Shown here: in pieces, positions 1 to 12,396 of the stretch
Numbering within the stretch: position 1 is the first letter of the stretch
Layout of the letters: each line of letters starts with the position of its first letter
Source: Gonapodya sp. JEL0774
Taxonomy: Eukaryota
Length of the DNA: 31,724 nucleotides
Reading direction: 5' to 3'
Assembly: GCA_027604505.1 (NCBI GenBank)
Contig: JADIIX010000090.1
Coordinates: 62,001 to 93,724 of the forward strand
Program-made: the position numbers and the translations under genes
Notes under the pieces: generated by a model
What the model saw: only the letters and a program-made list of their open reading frames with translations
Told to the model about the DNA's origin: nothing
The model's database searches: none

Positions 1-275
1 TCCCACTACCGAGGCCGATCTGGACCTCCACCTATATCTATAAAGAATTGTACAGGGCAGGGGACTTTCTGGGTAGAACGCTAGAATCTATCTTTATCTA
101 CGTAGATCTGATAGAGAGCCGTCTAGATTCTATCAAAAGACAAACCCTTCCACTCCAACAGAGAATTATAATCACGAGTAAAAAAAAGTATATATTAATG
201 CCGCATACCGACAATAATTGACAAAGAACTAATGGAATAAAGTAAAAGTAGTATGTGAGTGTTGCCCAGTCCCGG

Positions 276-2397
276 TTATTGCACTGTCCACTTGGCGATG
301 AATTGTACTTGGATCTGGTTGTTGATCTTTTTCTGATATCCCACCAACCAATCTCCTTGTTTTGAAAGAGTGACTGATTGTGCAACGTACTCGCGGAAAC
401 CACGAGCAATGTCCTGGATTGCCTGAAACTCCACGGCATTCGCCATATTGACACCACCGCTCGCCGGTGGCACGAGCACCAACTTCCGTAGTGGTGGGGG
501 GTTGTTTGGCATGTGGAATTCACGGAAGAGAAAACGCTTCGTCGCTCCTCGGGGAAGGATTCCATCGATAGGTTCGACCACATCGATTTCAATTCCGTCT
601 TTGTTGGAAAAAATGCTAACAAAGGGTAAGGACCCGCGATTACTTCGTTGGCGCACGAGGAAACCGCCAGCTAATGGTCCAACAACAACATGAGGGTTCA
701 ATAAAACAAACGAAGCCTTAATACCCATCCTACCATGTGTTCCTGAAGGATAGCCAAGCCACGTTGGTTTCTTATTGTTCGTCATTCCGTCGTCGATAAT
801 GAACCAGTTCACAGAGGCTTCACCTGGCCCCGGTAGCCTTGAACGAGTTACACTTAGGTTAGCATCGTCCGTCCATCCCCATGTCGAGCGCATCACTGTA
901 AAGACTCACCTGAACAACAAAGTGACCATCCAAACACGATCTTCACCGGGTGCGTTCCCCAACCCTTCGTATCGTGCGAATACTCCATCGAAGCTGACTT
1001 GCCCACTATGATGATTTGGATTGCCCGCGCTCGTTCTAGAAAGTGGGTAGCGAAGGGAGCCTTTCACCTGCGGTTTACCCTCGTCTGGTTGTGTTGTTAG
1101 GTACTATCGACTCGTTCAATGAACAGGCGTATTAATCGAAAGTTTGGACATGACAAGAAAGCTCACCAGCGATACCGAGCCGTCCCCTCCTTCAGGAATT
1201 TCAACAACAGAGCCGGAAAGAAGGTCCCTCCCATCGTAGAGAATGGTGGAGTACTCGAAAAAGGTGGGCTTGGTCATCGGGAGATGCAAAAAATCGTCTG
1301 ATTGCGACATCCAATGTCGGTGAGATCCATGCAACCACGAAGATTTGGCGAGTGCTTCGACTTGCCTTCCGTCATTTGAGGCGACAAGTATTGGTCGGTG
1401 AGCTCGGAAGGGTAGTGAGAATATATAGCTTCTCGAGGATCCTAAATTGTCAGTGAGTAGTCAGTGAGTACTCACTATCGATGAAACAGCGACTTTTCTT
1501 AGCTAGTCTTCTGACTCACCATCAAGAAGTAAAAAGGTTGAAAGCCACTATTTGTCGCGGGGTAGTACGGAGTCCGTTAGCAGTCTGACCCCTCCAAAAC
1601 ACGAACCACGTCTGTACACCCACGGCTCGAATTGATATCCATTTGGACCCACTCCAACTGAGCCCGCTCCCCATGTCGAATCCATAATATAGGGTCGCCC
1701 GTTAAGAAAAACGCAGTTCCACGCGTGCCCGGTTGGCTTCCCGTTCCGGTTTCTTTGCAGCACCTCATGCCCAGGCGCAAACGTAACATCCTTTGCTGCT
1801 CCAATCTTTTTTTCAACCGTATCCTCGCCCAGGCCAGCCGCGGCGCAGAGTGCCATAAAAAGGTTCGCGTATCCTTCACACACACCGACCCGGGTGCGCA
1901 AAACTTGGTCGGGTGTCTGCGGTGGAAGATTGGCACGCTGAGTATACCAGCGCACGTCGTAGCGAATGTTGGCGGAGATCCAGGTGAAAACCGCACGCAG
2001 AAATGGGACCACGTTTGAGGATGGGGCAGGGAGCATGGCGAACTGACCCCCTCGTGGCACCGAGGACCAAAGTAAGGATGCTAGCTGCTTTACAGAAGAG
2101 CCTGCGGTAGCGGGCACCGATCGTGCGAAGCTGTCGATTTTTGTGTAGTCGAAGTCTGTGATGTGAGAGCGGTGTCACGGTGTATCCAACACGCTGAATC
2201 CTGTTCACGCGAAAAACTGACGCTTAACATCAACCCGACCAAGGGCTGGACTGTATGGGCGCACAAGAAGTCTCGCGGACCTGGCATAAAGATGAAGCCG
2301 ATCAAGTTCAAAGATGTCAGCAGGTCATGAACCGGAAACCTTCCGGTCAGATTCCCAATTCTCACCGAACTTTTTCAACGACCGCGACGTGGCTCAT
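276..2397 (-). CDS. Transglutaminase-like (KY/hillarin/Cyk3-type core) putative cysteine peptidase, ~537 aa, 8 exons
   Basis: Phase-consistent exons 2397-2366, 2280-2222, 2155-1624, 1547-1520, 1441-1366, 1297-1167, 1103-910, 837-276. Motifs VFTWISANIRYD, GVCEGYA, GHAWN, MDSTWGAG, then FYFLMDPREAIYSHYP...QYL...DDFLHLPMTKPTFF typical of KY/hillarin-type proteins. Confidence 0.85.
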
Positions 2398-2955
2398 TTT
2401 CGGTTCTTGGTCGGTAGCTAACGTGGAAAGGACACGATGGCGCAATACAAAGCTGGGGAATGCCGGGAGGGATCAGTCTCAGTTGATAGACGCTCCCCAC
2501 CATTCTTGATAGCTGTTCCGACGCTCACCAGCTCGAATCGTCTTCCACGAATTGCCGATGCCAGGTATATCGATGATTCACAGGTGGACAGGGTTTTGCC
2601 GCAGGAGTTTATTGTAGTTGGAGAGCTCTAAACCGTTCCATTGGTCCCCGAAGAAATCCCGACCCTTGCCAACCTTTTATGTGATCTTGATGAATCGATG
2701 AGGGTCTACAATAGAATATTTTACAGCGAAAGAATCTCCAATTTCGATCGTGATTCCCCAAAGCCTGTGAATATGACCTTGCTCACGTTTTTCAGTTTTA
2801 TGTAGTAGTAACTTACTTCTACAGTCTCTGAGGACCCTACTAAATAATATCGTAATATTGTGAACCTGCGCGTGATCAGCGGACCTGTTTCCCCGCAGTG
2901 CATGGAATTCGACTGAAGGACCACACCACATCAAGTGGACAGTCGCACACAACTC

Positions 2956-4774
2956 ATGTCCAGTCCACCTGCGCCCAAGCTGTCATCACGTCGACTGGCA
3001 GCATCTCGTACTTCGCAACCAACTCAACCAAGCAATTTCTCCCCTCCTTCTTCTTCCGCTTCCAATCCCGTGGATCCCATTCCGAACACTCCAAACCCCA
3101 ATTCATCCCCGAATCCAAACTCACACAATGCTCAACCTCTTACTGGACTCACGTTTTCCAATGCGGACCCCCGAGTTCCGAACCCCGCAACCGTACTCCC
3201 TCCTCTCCCGACTCATTCCGACACTCCCTTTCCTCCCTCAACGCCAGTTATAGCTCCACCCAGTTCCACATCTCCTCTTTCTTCATCTTCGTCGCAATCT
3301 CTACCTCTTCGCCCGAAACCTCCAGTTTTCGACTTGCTCTTCCCTGCCGCGAGCCAGGCCGACATCATTCGTGCCAATCAAAAGGACGAGCAAACGGAAA
3401 TGATGCTCCAACAACAGATAACTCAGGTTGTTGTGCAAACCTTTGGTGAGCCTTCATCCAAAGTGGAAGTATCGCGTCCCATTGACCTCCGCACTCGGAT
3501 GCGCGCAGGAACCCGTTTTCAAATACGTCACACGCAAGAAGTGAACTTTGGCTCCTCCCTCATCTATTATGCTTTGACCACCCTCGCGGGTTCACAAACC
3601 CTCGGTGAAGAGTACTGCGACATATTTCCAGTCACGTCCACTTCCGTTGGCGTTCCCGAACCGCCTCCGCTGCGCAGGCGAATCTCCCTCATATTCCTGC
3701 AATGCATTGTACCGTATGCGCTATCAAAATGGGCGGCAAGCCTACGTGGTCCGGCACAGTTCGCGCAGTTTGCAAATCTTCCTCCGCAGTTGGAGGCGTT
3801 TTTGAGAGCTCAGGGCCAGCTACCCCCAAGGCCGGTACCCGTTGAAGAAGGTTCGTGCTGTGTACTGCCCATCTCTTCTTTGGTGAGCGCATTCTCCGCC
3901 ACCGCACAGCCCCCACCCTCCCTGGCGATCGCACCCTCTCCGACCGCGCCAAGGCCGCTTTCCGCGAATTGCGTACTCGTCTAATCTCCATTATTCCGAC
4001 CATACGTACCGCCATCACAACATACGTTACTCCCCTCCACCTGGCCATCTTCTACTTCACCGGTGTGTTTTACAGTGTGGCGAAGCGGCTGGTTGGGTGG
4101 AGATACGTGAGTTTTCGCTTCAGCCAAGTCGCTTTCTTACAGTCTCCGCCGTACGTCTTTGTGTGAAACCTCCTGTCATTACCGCCCTTCCCTCCAGATT
4201 TTCACACGCCAGCTCCACCCTGCGGAGCTCCCCATTTCCTACGAACCTCTTGGCCTCATTATCGTTCTCCAGGTCTTCGTAGAAGCTCTTCGCAACTTCC
4301 GAACGCTCGCCTCCGCGTCACAAGAATCTAGCAAAGCTGTTGCCGAGGACACAACACCCGAAGCGCTCGCCGACGTCCCAGAAGGCGACGAGGAGACGGA
4401 CGCAAACGCGGACGGGGACGGTGACGGTGACGGGATGGCAGAAGTCGATCTGAACGAAGAACACGACATGGAACGCGTGCGTGTGCGTGGTGCACGGGAC
4501 CCTGTTGTCATGCCCGGTGCGAAAAAATGCACGCTGTGTTTGGAGCCCAGGAAGAGCCCGGCGGCGACCGAGTGTGGACATATATTTTGCTGGAGATGTA
4601 TCAGCGAGTGGATAAATGAGAGCAAGGTGAGTTGTTGCTTCAGGGGAGTACTTGATAAGTGTGTGTCTCTGTTTCTCAACGGCGCCGATCGTTCTTCATT
4701 TCAAGCCCGAATGTCCACTGTGCCGGCAGAGCATCAAGGCAGCGCACTTGTATCCATTGTATCACTATGCATAG
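2956..4774 (+). CDS. PEX10: Peroxin-10, peroxisomal RING E3 ligase subunit, 5 exons
   Basis: [57 protein letters not shown], and C3HC4 [29 protein letters not shown]...PECPLCRQ. Introns 3446-3508, 3851-3909, 4107-4197, 4627-4705. Confidence 0.95.
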
Positions 4775-4910
4775 TCGCTTAATAGATCAACAGAAAAAGG
4801 ACTCAAAATGAGTGTTCTGCTTGCCGTTTCTTGTCCGGCCTGCCTGACTCTGACGCTACCGATGAAACGAACAAAATCCACTGCAAATAAACTGTTAAAA
4901 GATTGGTGAC

Positions 4911-5630
4911 CTAGTGATCAAATGTCGGTGTGGGAGAATGCTGTATGTATGTATTCCTTCGCGGCGTCGTTCGCTTTCTTCGCAATTTTTCTTCGAACTT
5001 GAAATTGATTGATTGAGGAGCCAGATGTTACCAAAAGTCAAATCTATCCTCGAAACAAGTGGTCACTATGGAAAATCGTCCATTTCGGGAGGGGAGCGTC
5101 CATCTACACTCCCTCCGTCCCCCCAGTGCCAAACCACCGACCTCGGGGAAAATGTCGGGCAGAATGTTGCGACTGATCTCCGCAATACCATACCACCAGT
5201 ATCGAATACTCGTTATGTCCAAATATCTCAACTCGTCCAACTCCTCCGTCAAGTGCACGAACCACCTCCAACACTGCCATTGTATCGTGCAAGCGATTTG
5301 GCAAACAAGGACCTTACAAACGTGGAGCATATAGTGAGGATACACCACATGAAAAGGAGGATTGATCAACGTGGGGTAAGAACCGGAGAGACGGATCCGG
5401 CAGGGTGGAGATTGAAGCCGGCTCTGTGGGTGTGGTGCAGCCCTTGAACCTATTGGAATTATGGTACTTATCGCACTACGGGAGACCAGATTGTTCCGTA
5501 GAGGTGTACCTGTCCCACCATCACCACCTTTGAAGGTCTCTGACCCTGACCCAGCGCCGCTCTTGCGTCGCTTTCGATCTTCGTTTCTGGAAGCTCTGGT
5601 ACAAACAAAACTACACCGCACGGAAGACAT
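4911..5630 (-). CDS. Hypothetical protein (~170-190 aa), family not recognised
   Basis: Long open frame from ATG 5630. Candidate introns at 5450-5509 and 4998-5141, plus a possible 48-nt one near 5275-5322, keep phase and end at TAG 4911. Divergent from YJU2 and convergent with PEX10. No known motif recognised. Confidence 0.45.
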
Positions 5631-5953
5631 GGTGGTGTGTTTCACTTCCGTTTCACCGCTGTTATAGGCTAAATCTCAAAAGTATGCCTGAGTTGCAGAT
5701 TCTTTTGGATTTGCTGCTGGAGAATGCGGAGACCCAATTTCACCGACGTCACAATTGCGTCACAACCAACGTCTTCCCGAGAATGTATTTGCGACACCAG
5801 TTGGTTGAAGAATTCGCTCTCCACTAGCAAAATTATGTAGTAAATAATGATCGGGTTATGTATGACCAGTTAGGCGGCCACAGTGTGTTCCCCCTGGACA
5901 TTATTCCTCGCTCTCACCCCATCGTAATCTGCGCATATTGATCACCATTCCCA

Positions 5954-7316
5954 ATGTCCGAACGGAAAGTCCTCAACAAGGTGTGTGGACATTGCGAAAA
6001 ACTGGTCGATTCCTTCCCCGCGCTGCTCTGAGGTTGTTAACGCGAGGTTTCATAGTACTTCCCGCCAGACTTCGACCCCGCAAAGATTCCCCGAAAGAAG
6101 CGGCCAAAGAATTTTCAATACACAGTCCGTCTTATGGCTCCATTCTCCATGCAGTGCAATACGTGTGGCAACTGGATTCCAAAGTCCACCAAGTTCAATG
6201 CACGGAAAGAGACAGTTCACGGCGAGGACTACTTGGGCATTCGCATCTTCCGATTTTACATACGGTAGGTGTTTCGCTTTGCTTGAAGGGACATTTGGGG
6301 ACCAGGTGGTCGTGCTACTGTACCTCTGAAAGTTGATTCCATCGTCTGTTGGCAGATGCCCCCGGTGTTCCACTGAAATAACTTTCAAAACGGACCCTAA
6401 AAACACGGACTACATTTGCGAGCAAGGCGCTTCCCGCAACTTTGAGGCCAGTCGCGCTGAGTCGCGGGAGACCGAGCGTCTAGTGGAGAAGCGTGCGGAG
6501 GAAGAAGCCAACAACCCCATGAAAGCTCTCGAAAATCGCACAGTGGATTCGAAACGTGAAATGGACATTTTGGATGCACTGGATGAGATCCGCACCAGGA
6601 ATGCAGCACAGGAGCGAGTCGATTCGGATAGAGTTTTGGCGGAAATGGCAGATAGGAAGGAGGAAGAAATAAGAAGACTGAAAATGCTCGAGGACGATGA
6701 AATTGAGAGACAGGCGAAGGAGGCCTTTTCCGGTCGGCGTAGGGGTGGTGGGGGCTTTGGTGTTGGCAGTTCTGAAGAAGGCGTCAAATACGACGTAGAC
6801 GCTGCGACTGGTGAGAGAGTGCGACGGATCAATGATGATGAGGAGCTTGAAAGCGTGGATGATGATGGGACATACGACCAGATGCCGGGGTATGACCGCT
6901 CGGCTGATGCTGAGGAGGAAGATGCGGAGGAGGAACGGCATCTGCTGGCGCTCAAGAACAAGTATGGCAGTGTGCACGCAGGTATGGGTTCGAGCGGCAG
7001 TGGTGGTGTGAGTGCGACGGTACCGGGTTCTACGCCACCGACTGCGAACCTGCCAGTGGGTGCACCGGGTGCTGTCGCTTCATTCACTTCAACGCTGGGC
7101 ATCAAGCGCAAAGCAGACATTGGTGCCGATTTGGGTATCGTCGTGAAGAAAAAACTCAGCTCAACCGTGAGAGAGAATGGGAATGCGACCCAAGGAGTAT
7201 CCAAGGAAGCTTCTGGTGGATCAGCACTCTCTGCGAAACCTGCGAATGGGGTTGGAGGTCTGTCGGCACTGGGAATGTATGGGGACGATGACGATGAGAG
7301 CGGTCAAGAGGATTAG
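5954..7316 (+). CDS. YJU2: Splicing factor YJU2/CWC16 (CCDC94), 3 exons
   Basis: [17 protein letters not shown]...[15 protein letters not shown]...KFNARKE...[68 protein letters not shown]. Introns 5981-6055 and 6265-6355. Confidence 0.96.
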
Positions 7317-7470
7317 CAATGATTTCGTGTCGAGTTGTAATGAATATTGATCAGAGGTTCTTGCAGGGGGATATTTTTGATCAGTTCATGCATAAAATTT
7401 GATTAGATTTTTGCTGGGTGTGCTCTATCTACAATGACATGGGTTTCATGCTTGAACAAATTTCCAGAAT

Positions 7471-9761
7471 TCAGAATGAGAAATCGATTTTTTCTTTAGC
7501 TAAGCCATTCCATTCCATGGGGACTCCCTCGAGGTCTTTCTCTATTCCTGTTCCACTTTGTACTGCCAGCGCCACTGCTGCTGCTGCTGACACTTGAGCT
7601 TGTGGCAGATTAGGGGTGACACCGATGGTCAAGGACCCCAAGCGTACTGGTGGTAGCACAGCCTCTCTTTGTCTCTTTCGGACCCACGGATGTCTCAGTG
7701 CCTCGCTGCTCGTGATTCTGTCTCTCCATGATTTTTTCAGAAGTCGATCTATAAGATCCGCGCACTCTGGACTAACCCGGCGCGAGAACTGCCGATATGG
7801 GCGATGAAGAGCCTGCTCGGTACCGGCGAAAGCAGTTTCACCGAAAAGAATCTAGTGATTTGCAAATGCATGCGAATGATTGTTCGCGTTGGGAGGTGTT
7901 CGGAAAAGGAATGGACAATATGTATCTCACGGTGTACAGCAGAAGGCCCAGCGCCCACATATCGTTTGGACGGCCCCTGTACTTTTCTCCTCGCAATATT
8001 TCTGGGGAAGCATATTGAAGCTGCAAGCAAGAAATTAGCCTGAGCCTTACCAGGCAACTGCAGATCAGCTCACGGTACCACAAAAGTTACCAAAAAGATA
8101 GGTCTGGGCTCCCTTTGGCTCAATTGCAGCGCTTCCAAAGTCAATGATCTTGATGTGCAGCTTCTCGTCAATGACAATATTTTCATCCTTGTGGCATCGG
8201 GGGGCCGTCAGATCGCCGGTCAGAGTGAACTTTAGACCTGCATGTACAAATGATCACCTTGAGGTCACGATGTATTATTCCTTTAGCATGAAGATAGGCG
8301 ACGGCTTCGAGGATCTGGCGGAACACGAAGCAAGCCTGACTCTCGCTCAAATGCTGAACTTGCTCGATGCATTCGAACAAATCCTATCAACAAAGCGAGT
8401 CACGTTCAACCGGTTTCAATAATATAAAGTATATAACTTACCATTGATGTCCTTCTCGTTAGCAAAGGTGGTTCCGACTTCCTTCTTTCAGGATCTGGCC
8501 TCTTTGAGCGCACAACGTCCACCGCAGGTGGCTCTACCAACTCTTTTTCGGCTGTTGGTGCAATCAATCCATGCTGTGCTTGTACTCGTGCAACCGCTGG
8601 GTGATGGAGAGACCGAGATTCCGCAGTTACAAGTTCTACTGGTACCTTGCCATCACTCGTAGTTGTAGTTGATTCTGAGTCTTTAAAAGAAGAGAAGGTG
8701 TTTCCGATTGTGACTCTCGAAAGAATGGGTGGACGACCAGGCGAGAGAAACGGCTCTTTCGGACCAGCGTGTGAATCAATAACCAAAGGTTCGTGTGGTT
8801 GCAGGGTTGTCTTCCCCATAGGCCCGCCCTGTCCATGAGGTTGGCGGTGATCGTTGGCAACACTGTGTTGTGAGTTTGAAGTTTTTACATTTGTCCACTG
8901 TTCAAGAATTCAATTGGGTTTCAATTCTAAATTCACTCGTGAGCGTCTCCTTGATCATTTGACTCACTTGGGTACCATGCATCTCCATTACAATAATACA
9001 AAAGTGTTCGTCGTCTAGGTAGTCGATAAATGCAGTAATCGAGCTTGGAACGGAGTTTCAGATACGATAAAGAAAGTGGACAGCGAAGCACATGAGAACT
9101 CACCGGTGACGCACATTTTTGAGTATATAAACTTCGAGTGGAATAACGCTTTCGCCATCTTTCACCCAACAGTTTGGGGGAACTCGGGACTTCGCGCATG
9201 GAATTATTGCAGGAGAGATATCACAAGCAGATCAACTAGCTCCCGGAAACCAACCTTGAAGACAAATTTTGCAGCGACCGTTCTCTCCGTAGCTCTTTGG
9301 ATTGCTGATACCACGAACCCGAATCCTCCGTCCCCAAGTTCTGCCAAAATCTCGTAATCACGCAAAAAGCGCGGGCTAACGGGATATTTCGCGAGGTATT
9401 TCTGAATTCTGCTGAGTATGGGGGCTGTTTCTGCAAAAGCGGGGTGAGAGAAGGTTGCATGTGCTTGGTAAGAAGGCCGGGTATCGTTTGACTTGGGCGA
9501 CGACTCCTGAAGCGCTGGGGTGGTATTGTGGCTCAAAATGGTTGGCATGGAAGTTGTAATATCGAAAGACTTGGAGTGTTCCGGAGGGGGAAGTTTCGTG
9601 CGCAGCGGAACAACTGGGTGAACCCCGATCGCAATGGATTCAAGCGATTCCTGCACCTGTTCCAAAAGGCGATGGGACGTTGCTGCTGACTGTTTGTCCG
9701 TTGGACTCTCCAAGGAGGTTGAATTCAAAGCGCTCGATCCGCCAATCTGCTCGCTTTCCAT
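7471..9761 (-). CDS. Ser/Thr protein kinase, PAS-kinase (CAMKL/PASK)-like catalytic domain, no PAS domain seen
   Basis: Spliced motifs ELGDGGFGFV, AAKFVFK, IPLEVYIL, MEMHG, DLFECIE, HRDLK|DENIVID, DFGSAA, FCGT|LQYASPEILRGEKYRG, DMWALGLLLYT|ILFGE, HPW. Start placed at the first in-frame ATG (9761); an upstream exon is not excluded. Confidence 0.9.
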
Positions 9762-10682
9762 AGCCCTGCTGTCTCTGCTCCTACTACTCCCCAAGAATCC
9801 ACCTCGTGTAGTTGTGTCTCGCTTTCCTATGCTGGCTCCGCCAAAAACCAAGTAGTGGGGAGAGTTTCGGGGATGTCATCATTACATCATTCTCATAGTG
9901 TTGGAAGAACTCTCAGAGTCCCTACCGCTTTCAGAATTTTGAGCTTGAGTGGGAAAAAATTATTGGATCGCTGAAAATTTACCCAACACAGGGTAATCTT
10001 CCAACGTCTGTCTGTCGGGGTCTTGATGAGACGGTGCTGTGGTCCGGACTATGAGTCAGAAAATATATGTGAGGCATGCTGAACAATGAAAAGAAGCTCT
10101 GCTCGTAGAACGACGAACTAGATTAACAATGTACCCACGAGCAGATGGATAGAGGCTCCTGGGACGCGGCGACACGCCCCGGTTGCAGTCACGCTTCAAA
10201 GCGTACACGTACAATAAAGTCTAAAGTGCGTTCTGCAAGTCTAACGAGCATACTCGATAGATGTTGAAAAAGAATTATAAGTGGAAGAAAGGAGACAAGA
10301 GTTTGCAGCGAGACAAGACGTCCTTTTCGATAGGTATATTAAGTGGCGGCAGAATTTTCTTCCGCTCTTCAGTCGGCCAAGAATCTTGAAGAGATCTTTT
10401 CCGAGGGCAGGCAAAGGGACGTAAGCCCCATGCTAAAAGAGCAAGGAAACTATTTTGTGAGTGAGTTGGACGATTCGGCAAACCTCGCCCGCAGGAGTGA
10501 TGAGTCGCCTGCTGGCTTTCCTGTCGGTCAACGCGAGATTTGGACTCCAAGGGGGAGGGAATTCGGTGGAGTAGGGCCTACTAGTAGAGACCTGATCAGG
10601 GATGCAGGATTTGCGAAGACGAGAGGCTGACCAAAGCCCGGAGGGAAGGAGAGACAGGGAAGGGAAGGCATTCACCCCCCAG

Positions 10683-12258
10683 ATGTCCGCTTCAACCCAT
10701 CCTGCCAGGCCCGCTGGCGAGACTCAAACTTTCTCCTCCTACTCTCCACGCTCCTACGCTGCTGCCGCTGCTGTCACTTTGGTCTGGGCTGCCGCGCTCT
10801 CATCCGTTGTCGATCTGAATCACAGCGCTCAGTCTGCAAGCTCTCCTTCTCATTCGTTCGGTGAGATTCGGCTGCCAATGAACTGGGAGCACTATGGCAT
10901 TCGCAACAACTCAAGGAGACTTGTGGTCGTTGGTGTGAGCTTAGTTCTTCCAATGAAATCTTAATTCAAGTGATGCTCTCTCACATTTTCTCATCAAAGG
11001 ACGTCCATGGGGACTTTCCAAACTTCCTCAACATATTGAGATTGACTGGGCTTGTGTCTGTGGATGTCCCTCACACTCTACAAGTCCCAAAGCGATGGGC
11101 GGAGGAATTCACTGGTCAGAGCAGCGATGACGGGGATGATGGGGATGACGACGAAGTGGATTACTCGCCAATAGTACCATTTGTGCGATGGATCGCAGGG
11201 GATAGCATATTCGTGCAGGTTTGTTGCCGATTCCAACAGCTTCATACCACCATATCTTCGTTTCATCCACTCCTGCTGCAGGTTGGCGATTGGACAGATC
11301 GAGGGCCTCACGTTCGGGCCATTGGACTTCTCCTTCAACACATTCAGCGTCAGTGCGGAGCAAACTGTCGCTTTCTGCTCGGAAATCACGAAACCATGAA
11401 CCTTGTTGGTGACTTACGTTATGTGTCCAAAGCTGACACTGCAAGCTGGGGAGGAGTGGAAGCCCGTCGGAAAGACTGGGAAGGCGGAGAAAAGGGCAGC
11501 ATTGGGTGGTGGGTTCGGCGGAACCTAGCGCTTGCGGTGAAGGTTGGAAATGTGGCCATTGTTCATGCCGGGTGAGCCGAAAATCTCTCGTAGCGGAACC
11601 GAATTCTTGAACCAGACATGCATTTCACAGTATTACACCGCAATTTTCGAACCACGGACTGCTTCGTCTGAATGCCGAGTTTGTTTCTGCGCTTTCTCCA
11701 TACCCAGAAGGCGGTACCACCCTCCCCACCCTGTCTCGCCAGGAGCTTCTGACACACCCTCTATTTGGCGGTGCGGGTCCGCAGTGGACAAGGCTGTATG
11801 CCCAACCCAACAACTTCGACCCGAATGACCCTAGCGACTCAGTTTGCCCACCTCTGCTCACCTCCCTCGCGGACCTCGGCGCATCCCTTCAGATCGTTGG
11901 TCACACCCCACAACCACAACGAAGAGCCCGCATCCGATGTGGGGGTCGCGTGGTGCTCGCTGATTTGGGGATCAGTCGCGCCTACGGTGGTGGTGGAAGG
12001 CTGGGCGCTGTCGAGATTGAGCTCCTGGGGAGACCTGGAGCGGGGGACGCTCCGACACCACTGGACGCGTGTGGTGGTGTGGACACGGTGAAGGACCCTG
12101 CGGTGTGCCCGAAGTATTTTCAAATGCTTCTCGATGCCAGGGCGGGTAGGGTGAGAGGTGTGTATGGCAAGTATGCGGGAGCGGATAGAAGTGGAAATAT
12201 TTTGGTTGAAGCGGAGGTGCTCGTTGACAATAAGCAGACGGGAGCTTCAAGACTCTAA
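10683..12258 (+). CDS. Calcineurin-like metallophosphoesterase, Shewanella-like phosphatase (Shelph/SLP) type, N-terminal hydrophobic segment
   Basis: VVVG|DVHGD, VQ|VGDWTDRG, LGNHETMNLVGDLRYV, VHAG, GPQWTRLY, IVGHTPQ, LADLGISRAYGG. Introns 10935-10999, 11219-11281, ~11572-11630. Confidence 0.9.
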
Positions 12259-12396
12259 TTCTGTCTGAATCATTCACAATAAATCATTACTACTATTATT
12301 GCGTCGGGTTACTGGTTACCCTCTCAAGCACCTAGACCTTCGGGACTGAGTTCTCGCCCGCACAGAGCTCAGACCAGAAAAATAAACTCTCATCAA

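Noticed and set aside
82..132. Imperfect inverted repeat (tagaatcta/tagattcta around atctacgtagat)
   Set aside because: Short and AT-rich with no TSD or second copy in the window; cannot support a MITE call.
1450..1476. Direct repeat plus 14-bp palindrome agtgagtactcact in an intron
   Set aside because: Too short and isolated to support a function.
2686..2840. TGATGA...CTGA pair suggesting a C/D snoRNA
   Set aside because: The boxes are not enclosed by a proper terminal stem and no rRNA-complementary guide was recognised.
5430..5501. Plus-strand WCSP-TGA resembling a CxxU selenoprotein motif (some early-diverging fungi use Sec)
   Set aside because: The flanks are not thioredoxin-like, I found no SECIS-like element downstream, and the frame is the in-register antisense shadow of the minus-strand model.
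10343..10630. 95-aa plus-strand ORF upstream of the phosphatase
   Set aside because: GTG start, no motif and no convincing splice connection.
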